NCBI GenBank assembly: GCA_963662405.2
Contig: CAXXKT010000003.1
Span: forward strand, 128,001-192,000
Reading direction: 5' to 3'
DNA: 64,000 nucleotides
Source: Syntrophales bacterium
Lineage (GTDB): Bacteria > Desulfobacterota > Syntrophia > Syntrophales > UBA2210
Of this stretch, positions 1 through 9,100 are shown piece by piece (position 1 is the first letter of the stretch; each line of letters begins with the position of its first letter). Under the pieces are notes generated by a model. It was not told where the DNA came from. It saw only the letters and a program-made list of their open reading frames with translations, and ran no database searches. The position numbers were made by a program, and so were the translations under genes.

Positions 1-1172
1 GGGAATTCTTCAATGTCTTAAAGTCAAATCCACGCGATAGTAATCATAATAAAGCTGTATTTGATCAATTTCTTAAAGACAATGCGGTCACTGCCAGGGT
101 TTTGGAGAAATATCTAGAATGTATAAGGGCGATGTATGATTATACTGAACCTCTTGAAGTGTATGATAAAGCACTTGTCAGGTGGATTGACACAAATTTG
201 TCTGACAATATAGGTAAGATGAGTGAAGATATCCAAAAATACATATATGATAATAACATTTCTGGCAGATTGGGTGGCATCAGATGGTGCTTGACTAGAC
301 TGTCCTCTCACTTGTCAAGCAATGATTATAAGGTACCTATCAATAGAGACGAACATAAAGCTCGACTATTAAAAAATGCATTAAATAGTGAGGAAGAAAA
401 GAACCTTCGAGAGCTATTTGATGTAGCAATTGATTTCCTTGGAAAAATCAATGTATTGAAAAATTCAGATGGACCAATATCAGAACTGGTACATGACCAG
501 TTAGGTCAAAGTATTAGGATCTGGAGCGAAATGTTTGAAAACAGTTGGCAAGACTCTATCTATTCTCCAATAACTAACAGAGGCGTATATTTGAAACCAA
601 TAAGAGTCACCATTGATAAAATTAGTGACAACTATAATGATAGATTTGTGGGATGCATCATTAATGGGGAAGAAAATTCAAGTCATTCTGATAGTGCAAC
701 ATTCAAAGGTATAGATTTTCATAAATGGGATTTTACGGGGTCGATATTTAAAAATTGTATATTTGACGATTGCACTTTTTCTCAGGCTCAATTGCAGGGT
801 CTTATTTTCTGGAATTGCATATTTAGAAATAATACTTCCATAAAGGATATAACATATGAAAGCAGTCAACTGGATATACGGGGAGGTAAAATTGAAGATT
901 TGTCCATAATAGATAGTTGCTTAGAGCAATTAAATTTGTATCCAAATATTGATGACGACATTCCAATAATATTTACAAAAAATAGTTCACTTGTCCTGAG
1001 GAATACCTGTGTGAGGCTTTCTTGCTTCAAGGATCTTCACGGAGAGGCCGAAGCGATTTCGTTGGATGAAAAAAGCCGATTTGAATTCTGTCTGTGGGAT
1101 AAAGTAAGTGCGAATTATATCAAGGCTTCTGCACATCAAATGATATCATGTGGCCTATTGAAAGAAGAGTAA
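1..1172 (+). CDS. Pentapeptide-repeat-containing protein, 5' end outside window
   Basis: Frame is open from position 3 (EFFNVLKSN...) into the ORF-track protein; ATFKG-IDFHK-WDFTG-SIFKN-CIFDD-CTFSQ-AQLQG 5-residue periodicity; AT-rich. Confidence 0.65.
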   Translation, partial: EFFNVLKSNPRDSNHNKAVFDQFLKDNAVTARVLEKYLECIRAMYDYTEPLEVYDKALVRWIDTNLSDNIGKMSEDIQKYIYDNNISGRLGGIRWCLTRLSSHLSSNDYKVPINRDEHKARLLKNALNSEEEKNLRELFDVAIDFLGKINVLKNSDGPISELVHDQLGQSIRIWSEMFENSWQDSIYSPITNRGVYLKPIRVTIDKISDNYNDRFVGCIINGEENSSHSDSATFKGIDFHKWDFTGSIFKNCIFDDCTFSQAQLQGLIFWNCIFRNNTSIKDITYESSQLDIRGGKIEDLSIIDSCLEQLNLYPNIDDDIPIIFTKNSSLVLRNTCVRLSCFKDLHGEAEAISLDEKSRFEFCLWDKVSANYIKASAHQMISCGLLKEE

Positions 1173-1202
1173 GAAAATGAACGAAGTATTCAGGATAGTA
1201 TA

Positions 1203-2273
1203 GTGCTATCTACACCTCAACAAGCTAAATTTGAAATCTTTTCGCATGGGCTTTCTGTTCACTCAACTGCCAATGATTTGTTACATGATCTTTGGAATGA
1301 TAGGCCATTATCATTAGTAGATTATACGACAACTTCAGGTTTGACTATTAGACTCGAAAATGATGTCTGGATCAATTCGCCATTATCCAGTTACAATAAA
1401 AATTTTGTTAAATCACCAAAATGGGAATTAGTTGTATCAAACGGGCATTTTTACATCGAATCATCATCTGCGCAACTTAAAGCAGAGCCGATATCAGTTC
1501 CCCAGTATTACAATAAAAAAAATCAATGGGGAGAGCCATATATAAAATATATTAAAACACATGCTGACCGTGCACGGATATCGCCGATCGAAGGTTGTAG
1601 TTATTCATGTCATTTCTGTAACTCCAGCTATAAAAATAAATACAAGAAAAAGAAGATCGAATTTATGATTGACGCCATTAATATGGCCCTGCACGATCCT
1701 TGGTTGCCTGCTCGTCATTTGTTAATATCTGGTGGAACCCCTTTTTTAAAGGATTATGGCTATTTGCAAGAAGTTTATTGTGCCGTCCCAAAAAAATTCC
1801 CAGACTTGGAAGTAGATGTGATGATGGTTCCAACTCCTGGTTTATTACAGTTTGAAGAGTTGAAAAATGGAGGTATTAAGGGAATCTCTATCAATATGGA
1901 AATCTACAATGACGATGTGGCAAAGAAAATTATGCCTCAAAAAGCATTGGAAACCCGTGAAGGGTTTCTAGGGCATCTTCATCATGCGGTGAAAATATTT
2001 TCTCAAGGTAAAGTAAGGTCTTTACTTTTGGTAGGACTTGAGCCGATTGAAGATACGCTAAAAGGAGTTGAAGCACTGGCAAGAATTGGTGTTGATCCTG
2101 TATTGAGTGCCTTTCGACCTGATCCTAATACCCCGCTTGGAAATTATCCTCCGCCATCAGTAGAATTTCAGAAAAATGTGTATTTGCGAAGCTTGGAAAT
2201 AGTTTGTAAGTATCCAGGAGTGAAGCTTGGTCCCCGATGCAAACCTTGCCAACATAATGCGATTGCCTTTTAA
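1203..2273 (+). CDS. Radical SAM protein of unknown function
   Basis: CxxxCxxC motif (CSYSCHFC), ISGG motif, extra C-terminal CKPC; AGGA upstream of the GTG start. Confidence 0.85.
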   Translation: MLSTPQQAKFEIFSHGLSVHSTANDLLHDLWNDRPLSLVDYTTTSGLTIRLENDVWINSPLSSYNKNFVKSPKWELVVSNGHFYIESSSAQLKAEPISVPQYYNKKNQWGEPYIKYIKTHADRARISPIEGCSYSCHFCNSSYKNKYKKKKIEFMIDAINMALHDPWLPARHLLISGGTPFLKDYGYLQEVYCAVPKKFPDLEVDVMMVPTPGLLQFEELKNGGIKGISINMEIYNDDVAKKIMPQKALETREGFLGHLHHAVKIFSQGKVRSLLLVGLEPIEDTLKGVEALARIGVDPVLSAFRPDPNTPLGNYPPPSVEFQKNVYLRSLEIVCKYPGVKLGPRCKPCQHNAIAF

Positions 2274-2369
2274 TTCTGGCTTTGTCCATGAAAAGTAGTG
2301 GCAGTCCGCTTTCTTTTTGGGGTACCCTGTCTTTTCTATAAAAATGGCGAGTATTCCTGAATTCTGTGG

Positions 2370-3305
2370 TCAAACAGCAAGTCTGAACTTTTCATATCTC
2401 CGTTCTAATAGATTGGGGTCGGGCCAGGCGTTTGAGGATCGTGGGAGTATGATTTTCTTCAGGTGCATTCCCTGGAGTCCATGGAGCAGCATGGGGCCGT
2501 CTTTTTCTTTCAGGATATCGTCTCGAACTTCGATGACGTAGTCGGGTCGTATCCCGATCATGAAACGGTCAAAGGCCGCATGGTGGAATTTGCAGAGGGC
2601 AACACCGTTATTCACAATGGGTTCACCGTCGGGCTCTCCATCAGGGATGATATGTGCCGCATCCAAAAGTTCCAGATGTTTGAGACGACAAAAAGCGCAC
2701 TGCTCCCGATATGCATGCAGCACCCGCTCGCGGAAGCCGCGTTGGTGTAATCTCTGTTTGACGGAGGTTGTGATATACAGTCTGCGGATGTCTGAATCCG
2801 TTTCCGAGATTGGCGGAGCGCAGTCTTCGGAATCAAAGTATTGATTCACTGTTTTATAATCATCAACGGCAACCGTGAACGTCAATTTCTTCGGATCATC
2901 TCCTACAATATATACAGGCCATGCGGCCAGATATTTGCCCGGCACAACGCTGTGGAAGTAAATGAGCGGAATATTGTGGAGCATAGCATTTCGAAGCCCT
3001 ACATTTGCACGGTGGCGTGGATTGGTCCCTCGATACCTGTATAAAAGGAGTCCTTCCGGTGTAAACCCATCATCATAGTGTCCGGATGTTGTTGTCGTAA
3101 TCGAAAGGGGATATTCGGGAAGTATCTTTGGCTTAAAAATGCCTTCTGGGGAAACGAGAGAAATTCGCTGATCTTCAAAAACAAATCCCTGCGCAAGGAT
3201 TGTTCTCTGAAGCACATCGCCGTGAAGGTTGACCTGTTCGGATAGCCACGCGAAAGCTGCAATGCGTAAACGCCTATCCAAGTCTTGTTCAAGATTGATG
3301 CGCAT
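2370..3305 (-). CDS. HNH endonuclease with N-terminal SRA/PUA-like domain (putative modification-dependent restriction enzyme)
   Basis: RLHQRGFRERVLHAYREQCAFC...LDAAHII...NGVALCKFHHAAFD HNH_2-type motif; N-terminal YDDG...YRYRG...N..LRNAM..NIPLIYF resembles SRA; alternative TTG start at 3317. Confidence 0.8.
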   Translation of the reverse strand: MRINLEQDLDRRLRIAAFAWLSEQVNLHGDVLQRTILAQGFVFEDQRISLVSPEGIFKPKILPEYPLSITTTTSGHYDDGFTPEGLLLYRYRGTNPRHRANVGLRNAMLHNIPLIYFHSVVPGKYLAAWPVYIVGDDPKKLTFTVAVDDYKTVNQYFDSEDCAPPISETDSDIRRLYITTSVKQRLHQRGFRERVLHAYREQCAFCRLKHLELLDAAHIIPDGEPDGEPIVNNGVALCKFHHAAFDRFMIGIRPDYVIEVRDDILKEKDGPMLLHGLQGMHLKKIILPRSSNAWPDPNLLERRYEKFRLAV

Positions 3306-3365
3306 ATAATCAATCAAGGTTTGTTATTGTTCATTTATAAAAAAGAGTTTTTCCATATTATCTTT

Positions 3366-5057
3366 TTATTTTCTAAGTCTTGCCTTTTTAGCTTTTACAA
3401 TAATTGATGCAAATCCAATGGCTTTTTCCAAACCATCTTCCTCTGCTGCATAACTTAAGAGTTGTTTTCCTATATCCTTTTCATTGAAACCATTCTTTAT
3501 TATGTGATCGGTTATTCTATCAAGGGTTCCTTGTTCAAGAGGCAAATTTGTTTGCGTTTGTTTTTGTGGTCTGGTAGGCCAAAAATGAGGTGTTTCATTG
3601 ATCAATACACCTTCGCTTTTCGTAAAAGTATCTTTTAGTTGCATGCTTTCATCCTCAATCCCATTTGGGGGCACACTTTGGGGGGATATGTTTGAAAGTT
3701 TCTCACGATGTTTTAACAAAAGTGTCTGGTTAAAAGAAGCTTTGTAAAAACGCCAATATTGGGAGCCCGTAGCATTTTTCTGTGTAATCGCTTCACCTAA
3801 TGGATTTATAATTCCCAAACCGTAAAGTGCTACTTCTTTATTGTTTAATTGTCCGACAAAATCAATTGTTGATTTTGGCAGATTCCAGTGCAAGAGGTCA
3901 GGGTAAAAAAACTGAGGCTTAGGTCTCCCACAACTGATCTCATATAGCCTTTCTGCCTGTGAAACAAGATAGTCATAATCGAGAACCCTCTGAGGAGGTT
4001 CACTGTTACTGTAGGTTCCTAATATTGCGCCAGCCATCGTTGCAATGGTATCGGTATCACTATCGAGAGTATTGGCACATATTTCTATGCCTTTCGCTGG
4101 ATCTCCTGAAAAGAAATAAGCGATGTAAGTGGCTAAAAGAGCGGTCTTAGTAGCTGATCCACGTTTTGCAGGATTAAATGCATCAATGTTTTCCGCTATT
4201 GAGCGATATCTTTCCTCTTTGTCCCTTTCTTCGCGAAGTAAACCAATCCCCGTTTCCTGCAATATCTTGTTGGTCGTTTTGATATCCCCCATCATCTCGT
4301 CGATAGTATCTTCTACGGCACTTTCCAATTTCGTTTGAGCTTGTTTTTCCCAAGAGGGAAGCCATATATGATTTAGAAGCTTATCTTCTTTGCAAACATT
4401 AACAATTAATTTTGCTTTAGTTAGAATCTTATCCCAAATATCTGGGGGAGGACACTCCCCTCCAATCAATGCCTGACGTAGAATCAAACCATGGAATACT
4501 GCACCTACCCAGCCGACAGGATGTCCATGGGTAATAATTGAATCTCTTATAATTTCTCTAATTAATGCTTCGTCTGATAAAGCACTTGACGCCGTCCATA
4601 CATGAGGCTGAATACGCATTGCAGCGCCATTACCTCCAACATCAGTATAACGATGTGTTGGGGTTTTAAAAAAGTTAGTATTCCACTGAACCGTCTTCTT
4701 TTTTAAAGATTCAGCCGCAGCTTTCGTACCTTTGCCCATCCCCAGACCATACGCAAGAAAGACGGGTATTTCAATTTTAGAAAACGTCTCAAAATCGAAT
4801 TCCCCATCTTTTCTTATGCTACGACATACTGCCAATCGTAACTGGGTATCATCCGAATAAACACCTTCCGGAAGTTCAATTGAAACACCGTATTGCCCTC
4901 CAAGCTTTCGCCTCCATCCAATAAGTCCTTTCACACGACCAAGTCCGCGTGTTCTATATTTAAGCCTTTTTACATCACTAAGCTCCGTGATAAACCCTAA
5001 GGCATCACCATATGCAGCCCAAAGCATTGAATTTTTAATTGATTCGAAAGTATTCAT
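3366..5057 (-). CDS. ADP-ribosylglycohydrolase (ARH/DraG family) with ~190-aa C-terminal extension
   Basis: AAYGDALG, YSDDTQL, GNGAAMRI, ITHGH, DTDTIATMAGAILG motifs. Confidence 0.9.
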   Translation of the reverse strand: MNTFESIKNSMLWAAYGDALGFITELSDVKRLKYRTRGLGRVKGLIGWRRKLGGQYGVSIELPEGVYSDDTQLRLAVCRSIRKDGEFDFETFSKIEIPVFLAYGLGMGKGTKAAAESLKKKTVQWNTNFFKTPTHRYTDVGGNGAAMRIQPHVWTASSALSDEALIREIIRDSIITHGHPVGWVGAVFHGLILRQALIGGECPPPDIWDKILTKAKLIVNVCKEDKLLNHIWLPSWEKQAQTKLESAVEDTIDEMMGDIKTTNKILQETGIGLLREERDKEERYRSIAENIDAFNPAKRGSATKTALLATYIAYFFSGDPAKGIEICANTLDSDTDTIATMAGAILGTYSNSEPPQRVLDYDYLVSQAERLYEISCGRPKPQFFYPDLLHWNLPKSTIDFVGQLNNKEVALYGLGIINPLGEAITQKNATGSQYWRFYKASFNQTLLLKHREKLSNISPQSVPPNGIEDESMQLKDTFTKSEGVLINETPHFWPTRPQKQTQTNLPLEQGTLDRITDHIIKNGFNEKDIGKQLLSYAAEEDGLEKAIGFASIIVKAKKARLRK

Positions 5058-5075
5058 TATTGCTCCCTGTTAATA

Positions 5076-5708
5076 TTAGAAAAGCTCTCTCCGTACTTCG
5101 CATTCTATATGGTTCCAATCCCTAAATAATGATTTTATACTGTCAAACGCATTGGCATCATCGTCATTTGCTACATAAGCCTTATTAAGGTAGCGTAGAG
5201 ATACTTCTCTCGGGTAAAGAACTTCTGCTTGATTACAAGTCGGTTGATTATCAGACAAAGATGCCGGACGAGTGATGCCGTTTCCATACCATTTGACTAT
5301 GTTTGGAGCAAACATTGCCTCCAGACCTACAGAGCCTTGATGGCGTTCAACACCACTATACATATTGTTCGTGGTGGTAAAGTATACGCCATCGTGCGCG
5401 CAAATTTCCGGAGAAAAAGATAGGATACACCACCACCCATCTTCACGCGCATGCCAGTTGCCGGCAGCAATTCCAAAAAGGTGGCGATTGACTGATGTAA
5501 TCGATAAATTTACATAATCCCACCATTCTTTATCTCTTTCTCGGTCCGCACAGTTATATTGATAGATATACTCGAGATAGTCATCTTCTGCTAGAAGGTT
5601 ACGAGCTTTCAAAGAACCAGTAGCCAAAATACCAGTAACACCTTTATTTGTTGTAAAATGAAGGATTTCTTTTATTTTCCGCTTTTTTATTATTTCTTGG
5701 ATAGTCAT
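5076..5708 (-). CDS. darT: DarT-family (DUF4433) DNA ADP-ribosyltransferase toxin
   Basis: LHFTT..GIL..GSL N-terminus, VNLSI, FTTTN, LEAMFA, PTCNQAEVL with the catalytic Glu. Confidence 0.8.
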   Translation of the reverse strand: MTIQEIIKKRKIKEILHFTTNKGVTGILATGSLKARNLLAEDDYLEYIYQYNCADRERDKEWWDYVNLSITSVNRHLFGIAAGNWHAREDGWWCILSFSPEICAHDGVYFTTTNNMYSGVERHQGSVGLEAMFAPNIVKWYGNGITRPASLSDNQPTCNQAEVLYPREVSLRYLNKAYVANDDDANAFDSIKSLFRDWNHIECEVRRELF

Positions 5709-7105
5709 AGTACAATATCGTTATAAGTATCTGTAGCCAAACAGTCAAGAAGGGAAGAGGGATCATCGGGCTTACACCCGAGAGTTACCGTCATGCGAGC
5801 TCTCGTTATTGTCATGGCAAGTAATCGTCTCAGATTTTCCCAAGAAGTATCACCATCTTCATCTCCATGTTGTGTAATTTCTTCATTCAATCCTAAAATG
5901 TATATGTGATCAAATTCCAATCCCTTTGCCGAATGCATGCTAATTAAGGCGACATTGTCATGCCCTTGAGGCCACTCTGACTGTCGGGTCAATTCGACAA
6001 AATTGAGTCCGTTTTTAGTTAAATCTGTGCGAAGCGTCTTAAACCATCCCCCAGCCTTGGGGTGAACAAATGCAACGGACTCTTCGTCAAGGTTAATATG
6101 TTTAATTTCTGAAATAACATAGGTACACTGTTCTGAATACCTGCCTCTAAGCAGTTTCGGCTTTGATCCATTGCGAAAGCACGAATCCAAATCTGGGATT
6201 GTACCATCGTCACTTAATTCCAAGCCCTCTAATAGCGGCTTTGCCAATCGACAGATTTCGATGGTGTTGCGGTGATTTTCTTCAAGACGAAAGCTGCGAT
6301 TGGGGTTTAATGTAATACCAACTTCACGCCAGGTCCAACCCCTCGGATAGATCTGCTGTGCCTTATCTAGAACAAATACCATCGTACACGGATCAGCAGC
6401 GTGTTGCTTAACAGCACGTATCTGGTTTGCAGAGAAATCTTGTGTTTCATCTGCAATAATAATATCGTATCTTATATTCTTCGGCGAATTGATAAGTTCT
6501 AGTGCTAAATCATTCCAGTCTCGGATTGCTTCCTCTTGTTTAAATTTTTCATAAGGTACTATTATTTCATTGACAAGGCGTTCTCTTGTTGCTTGTTCCA
6601 TTCGCGGCGTGATGCCACGTCCTTCCCGTTTAATGCTTAAGTATTTACCCCTATCATCAGGGTGGAATCGTCCCATACAGTATTCAACTTCGTCACACAA
6701 AAAATCTTCTGGCAGCCGCAACCCTTCATTGAACTCAATCAGCTTTTCCTTTTGCAGTCTATAGTCGATAATATTTTCTATACGTGTCAAATCCTTAGAC
6801 CATTTCCCGAACGTAGAGACATTGATTTTTACTCGTGAATGTGTCGTAATTTGTTGTTGTGCAAGATGGGAGATGTATCCACGGAGAGTCCTGTTATACG
6901 TAAGCACAAGAATCTGAACAGGGTTAGGGTTATCATTTCTTTCACGGTGGCGGAGCCAGAACTCCGACAGTTGCTTAAGCATCAGGAGTGCTGTAGTGGT
7001 TTTACCAGATCCGGCAGCACCGCGAATTACAGTAACACCTGCTTGGGGATTCGAAATAATAGGTAATTGTTCCGCAGTCGGAGGAACGTCAACTAGTACT
7101 TTCAT
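5705..7105 (-). CDS. Superfamily 1 (UvrD/Rep-like) helicase
   Basis: GAAGSGKT Walker A, LTYN motif Ia, DETQD Walker B, ENHRNT, HSAKGLEFD, ITRAR; ATGA overlap with the darT start. Confidence 0.9.
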   Translation of the reverse strand: MKVLVDVPPTAEQLPIISNPQAGVTVIRGAAGSGKTTTALLMLKQLSEFWLRHRERNDNPNPVQILVLTYNRTLRGYISHLAQQQITTHSRVKINVSTFGKWSKDLTRIENIIDYRLQKEKLIEFNEGLRLPEDFLCDEVEYCMGRFHPDDRGKYLSIKREGRGITPRMEQATRERLVNEIIVPYEKFKQEEAIRDWNDLALELINSPKNIRYDIIIADETQDFSANQIRAVKQHAADPCTMVFVLDKAQQIYPRGWTWREVGITLNPNRSFRLEENHRNTIEICRLAKPLLEGLELSDDGTIPDLDSCFRNGSKPKLLRGRYSEQCTYVISEIKHINLDEESVAFVHPKAGGWFKTLRTDLTKNGLNFVELTRQSEWPQGHDNVALISMHSAKGLEFDHIYILGLNEEITQHGDEDGDTSWENLRRLLAMTITRARMTVTLGCKPDDPSSLLDCLATDTYNDIVL

Positions 7106-7169
7106 TACATACTCCCACTCACATTTTTGGAGTTAGTTTTCTGCCATCTATCCGGTCTTTCAATACTCA

Positions 7170-7252
7170 AAACAAAAAACCCCGCTATCTCCTCTCAAGA
7201 AACGGGGTTTTGCATTCAATCACTACACGGTACTCTCCTGTGTCGGGTGTAG
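7170..7252 (-). promoter_or_regulatory. Conserved leader element copy A (hairpin, SD-GTG-TAG-TGA, intrinsic terminator) upstream of the helicase operon
   Basis: Stem CTACAC/GTGTAG around CAGGAG; terminator AAAACCCCG..CGGGGTTTTTT; TTGACA at 7318-7323 on the minus strand; resembles copies at 9101 and 50861. Confidence 0.55.
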
Positions 7253-7376
7253 ATGAAACATTTCAAACTTTTGAAAGAATCTGAACAGTTAGGGTAAAAT
7301 ACACCCTGAGACAAAAATGTCAAGTAATTTCGTTGTGAAGCTTAATGTGTAAAAAATATATAATCCATGGCCCGAT

Positions 7377-8774
7377 CTATTGATACTCCCCCATAAATTT
7401 TCTGTACTCCGGGTGTTCGACGAGCAGGCGGCCGCCGACTTCGATGAGTTTGTCGACTTGTGTTTCGCTGAGGTTGAACGATGTGGGGAGGTTGTTGAAA
7501 TATTCCTTTTCCTGTTCGTCGGCAAGGTTGTTGAAGCAGAGATCGGCGACGTAGAGTTTCAGGTTGCCTCCCGCGAGAGGTTTTATTTTGAAACCGTCGG
7601 TGCTGTGCCGGTCGAGGAGGTTCTGACAGGCGGTGGAGTATTGCTGGGCCTTGATCCGTTCGCCCATCGTCTCTTTGAACATCTCCACGGTCTCGAAGGA
7701 GTAGTTGTCCATGGAGACGGTGGCCGTCTTGAATCCCACCTTTGCCAGTCCCGGCGGGCTCTCTTTCCGGTCGCAGTTCTCGCGTTTCTCCGTCTTCGCG
7801 TTGACGACGATGACGAGGAGGCGCTTGATCTTCCCGTTGTTGATCTTCTGGCGGATATCGCTCCGCACGTACAGGTCGTAGATCGCCCGGAGGCCGAGGT
7901 TGTCGGCGAGCCCCCCGTCCATCAGGTGGAGCCAGGGGTGCGCCTCCCGGTCCGCGTAGATGGTGTTGTTGTATGCCGCCCAGTAGCGGCGCTGGTTGAC
8001 CCAGTAGTCCCGGAGGGCGAGGGTGTCTTCCGTATCGGGTGCGCAATCCGCGGCGCCGCAGTAGTTCGCGAGGCTGATGGGGGAGAGGAGAAAGGGAAAG
8101 GCGGATGACGCGGCGACGGCCCGGGCGACGGGGTAGGTGAGAAGGTCGGACCCGATGTAGTGGAACTGGCGGCCGGTGAATTCGAAACGGGCGCCGGTGG
8201 AGAGGTTGGTCGCGTTCATGATCAGGAAGGGGCGCGCGGCCTTTTCGGCCAGCGCGGCGAAGGTCCGGGATTGGAAGATGGTGTCGTTGTACAGTTCGGC
8301 GGCCAGGTCGATCCGGCTGAAGTACGGGGAGGCGAGGCGGACCCAGTTGTAGGGATTGGTGAGTTTGAGGAAGAGTTCCCGTTCGATGTTCCGGTTGAGG
8401 AATCTCTCCTCGAAATCGTCAAAGATCCGTTCCCCGAAGAGAGCGTAGTAGGCCCCCGTGAAGGACCCGCCGGAGACGGTGGATATGACGTCGACCTCGT
8501 CCAGGAGCGACCGGCCGTCGGGGAGGCGGATCTCCCGCATCTTCCTGAGGACGCCGTAGGAGAGGGCGGCCGCGCGGGTGCCGCCGCCGGAGAAGGTGAG
8601 GATGACGAAGGTCTCGTCGGCGTCGGCGGGTTCGGTGAAGCGGTCGAAGGCGTACGGGGCGGCCGGTTCGGGTTGCGTGAGGGGCTCGTTGAGCGGGTAG
8701 TGGGCGCAGCCGCACAGAACGACAACCGCGACAACCGCAAGGGCGAGACGGATGGTATGATTATACCTTTTCAT
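7377..8774 (-). CDS. Patatin-like phospholipase, predicted lipoprotein
   Basis: Signal peptide with LCGC lipobox; SGGGTRAA, STVSGGS nucleophile elbow, DGG motif. Confidence 0.88.
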   Translation of the reverse strand: MKRYNHTIRLALAVVAVVVLCGCAHYPLNEPLTQPEPAAPYAFDRFTEPADADETFVILTFSGGGTRAAALSYGVLRKMREIRLPDGRSLLDEVDVISTVSGGSFTGAYYALFGERIFDDFEERFLNRNIERELFLKLTNPYNWVRLASPYFSRIDLAAELYNDTIFQSRTFAALAEKAARPFLIMNATNLSTGARFEFTGRQFHYIGSDLLTYPVARAVAASSAFPFLLSPISLANYCGAADCAPDTEDTLALRDYWVNQRRYWAAYNNTIYADREAHPWLHLMDGGLADNLGLRAIYDLYVRSDIRQKINNGKIKRLLVIVVNAKTEKRENCDRKESPPGLAKVGFKTATVSMDNYSFETVEMFKETMGERIKAQQYSTACQNLLDRHSTDGFKIKPLAGGNLKLYVADLCFNNLADEQEKEYFNNLPTSFNLSETQVDKLIEVGGRLLVEHPEYRKFMGEYQ

Positions 8775-8979
8775 AACGCACCTCTTTGGGTGAGAGGGCA
8801 GTGGTCTCTTCGAGAATGATGAGGACCTCTTCCTCCGGCCGGAAATCGTATGGTGGCACCTGGAGGGTGACGAGATGGCTCCCTCCCTCCACCTCGATCA
8901 CCTCATTGGTCTTGCCCTGGGGTGTTTTGTCGATCATGACCTGCCGGTCGTCTTCGAACGTGACGATGAGATATTCCAT
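8761..8979 (-). CDS. Small acidic beta-rich (PEGA-like) protein, 72 aa
   Basis: MEYLIVTFEDDRQVMIDKTPQGKTNEVIEVEGGSHLVTL; AAGGAGG RBS; overlaps the patatin start. Confidence 0.6.
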   Translation of the reverse strand: MEYLIVTFEDDRQVMIDKTPQGKTNEVIEVEGGSHLVTLQVPPYDFRPEEEVLIILEETTALSPKEVRYEKV

Positions 8980-9100
8980 GACTGTCCCCTCCTTGTGTCC
9001 CGGCCATTCGGACATCCCCCTGATGTCCGACGGCGGTTTTCTCTGGGTAAGCGTTGAAGAGGCGTGCGGCGGCGCGTTTTCCTGAAAATCGGATCGCCCC

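Noticed and set aside
1170..1203. Readthrough fusion of the pentapeptide and radical SAM genes (same frame, single TAA)
   Set aside because: TAA is rarely recoded and the second gene has its own RBS-like AGGA and GTG start
1203..2273. Prokaryotic viperin
   Set aside because: I see no viperin-specific motifs beyond the generic radical SAM cysteines
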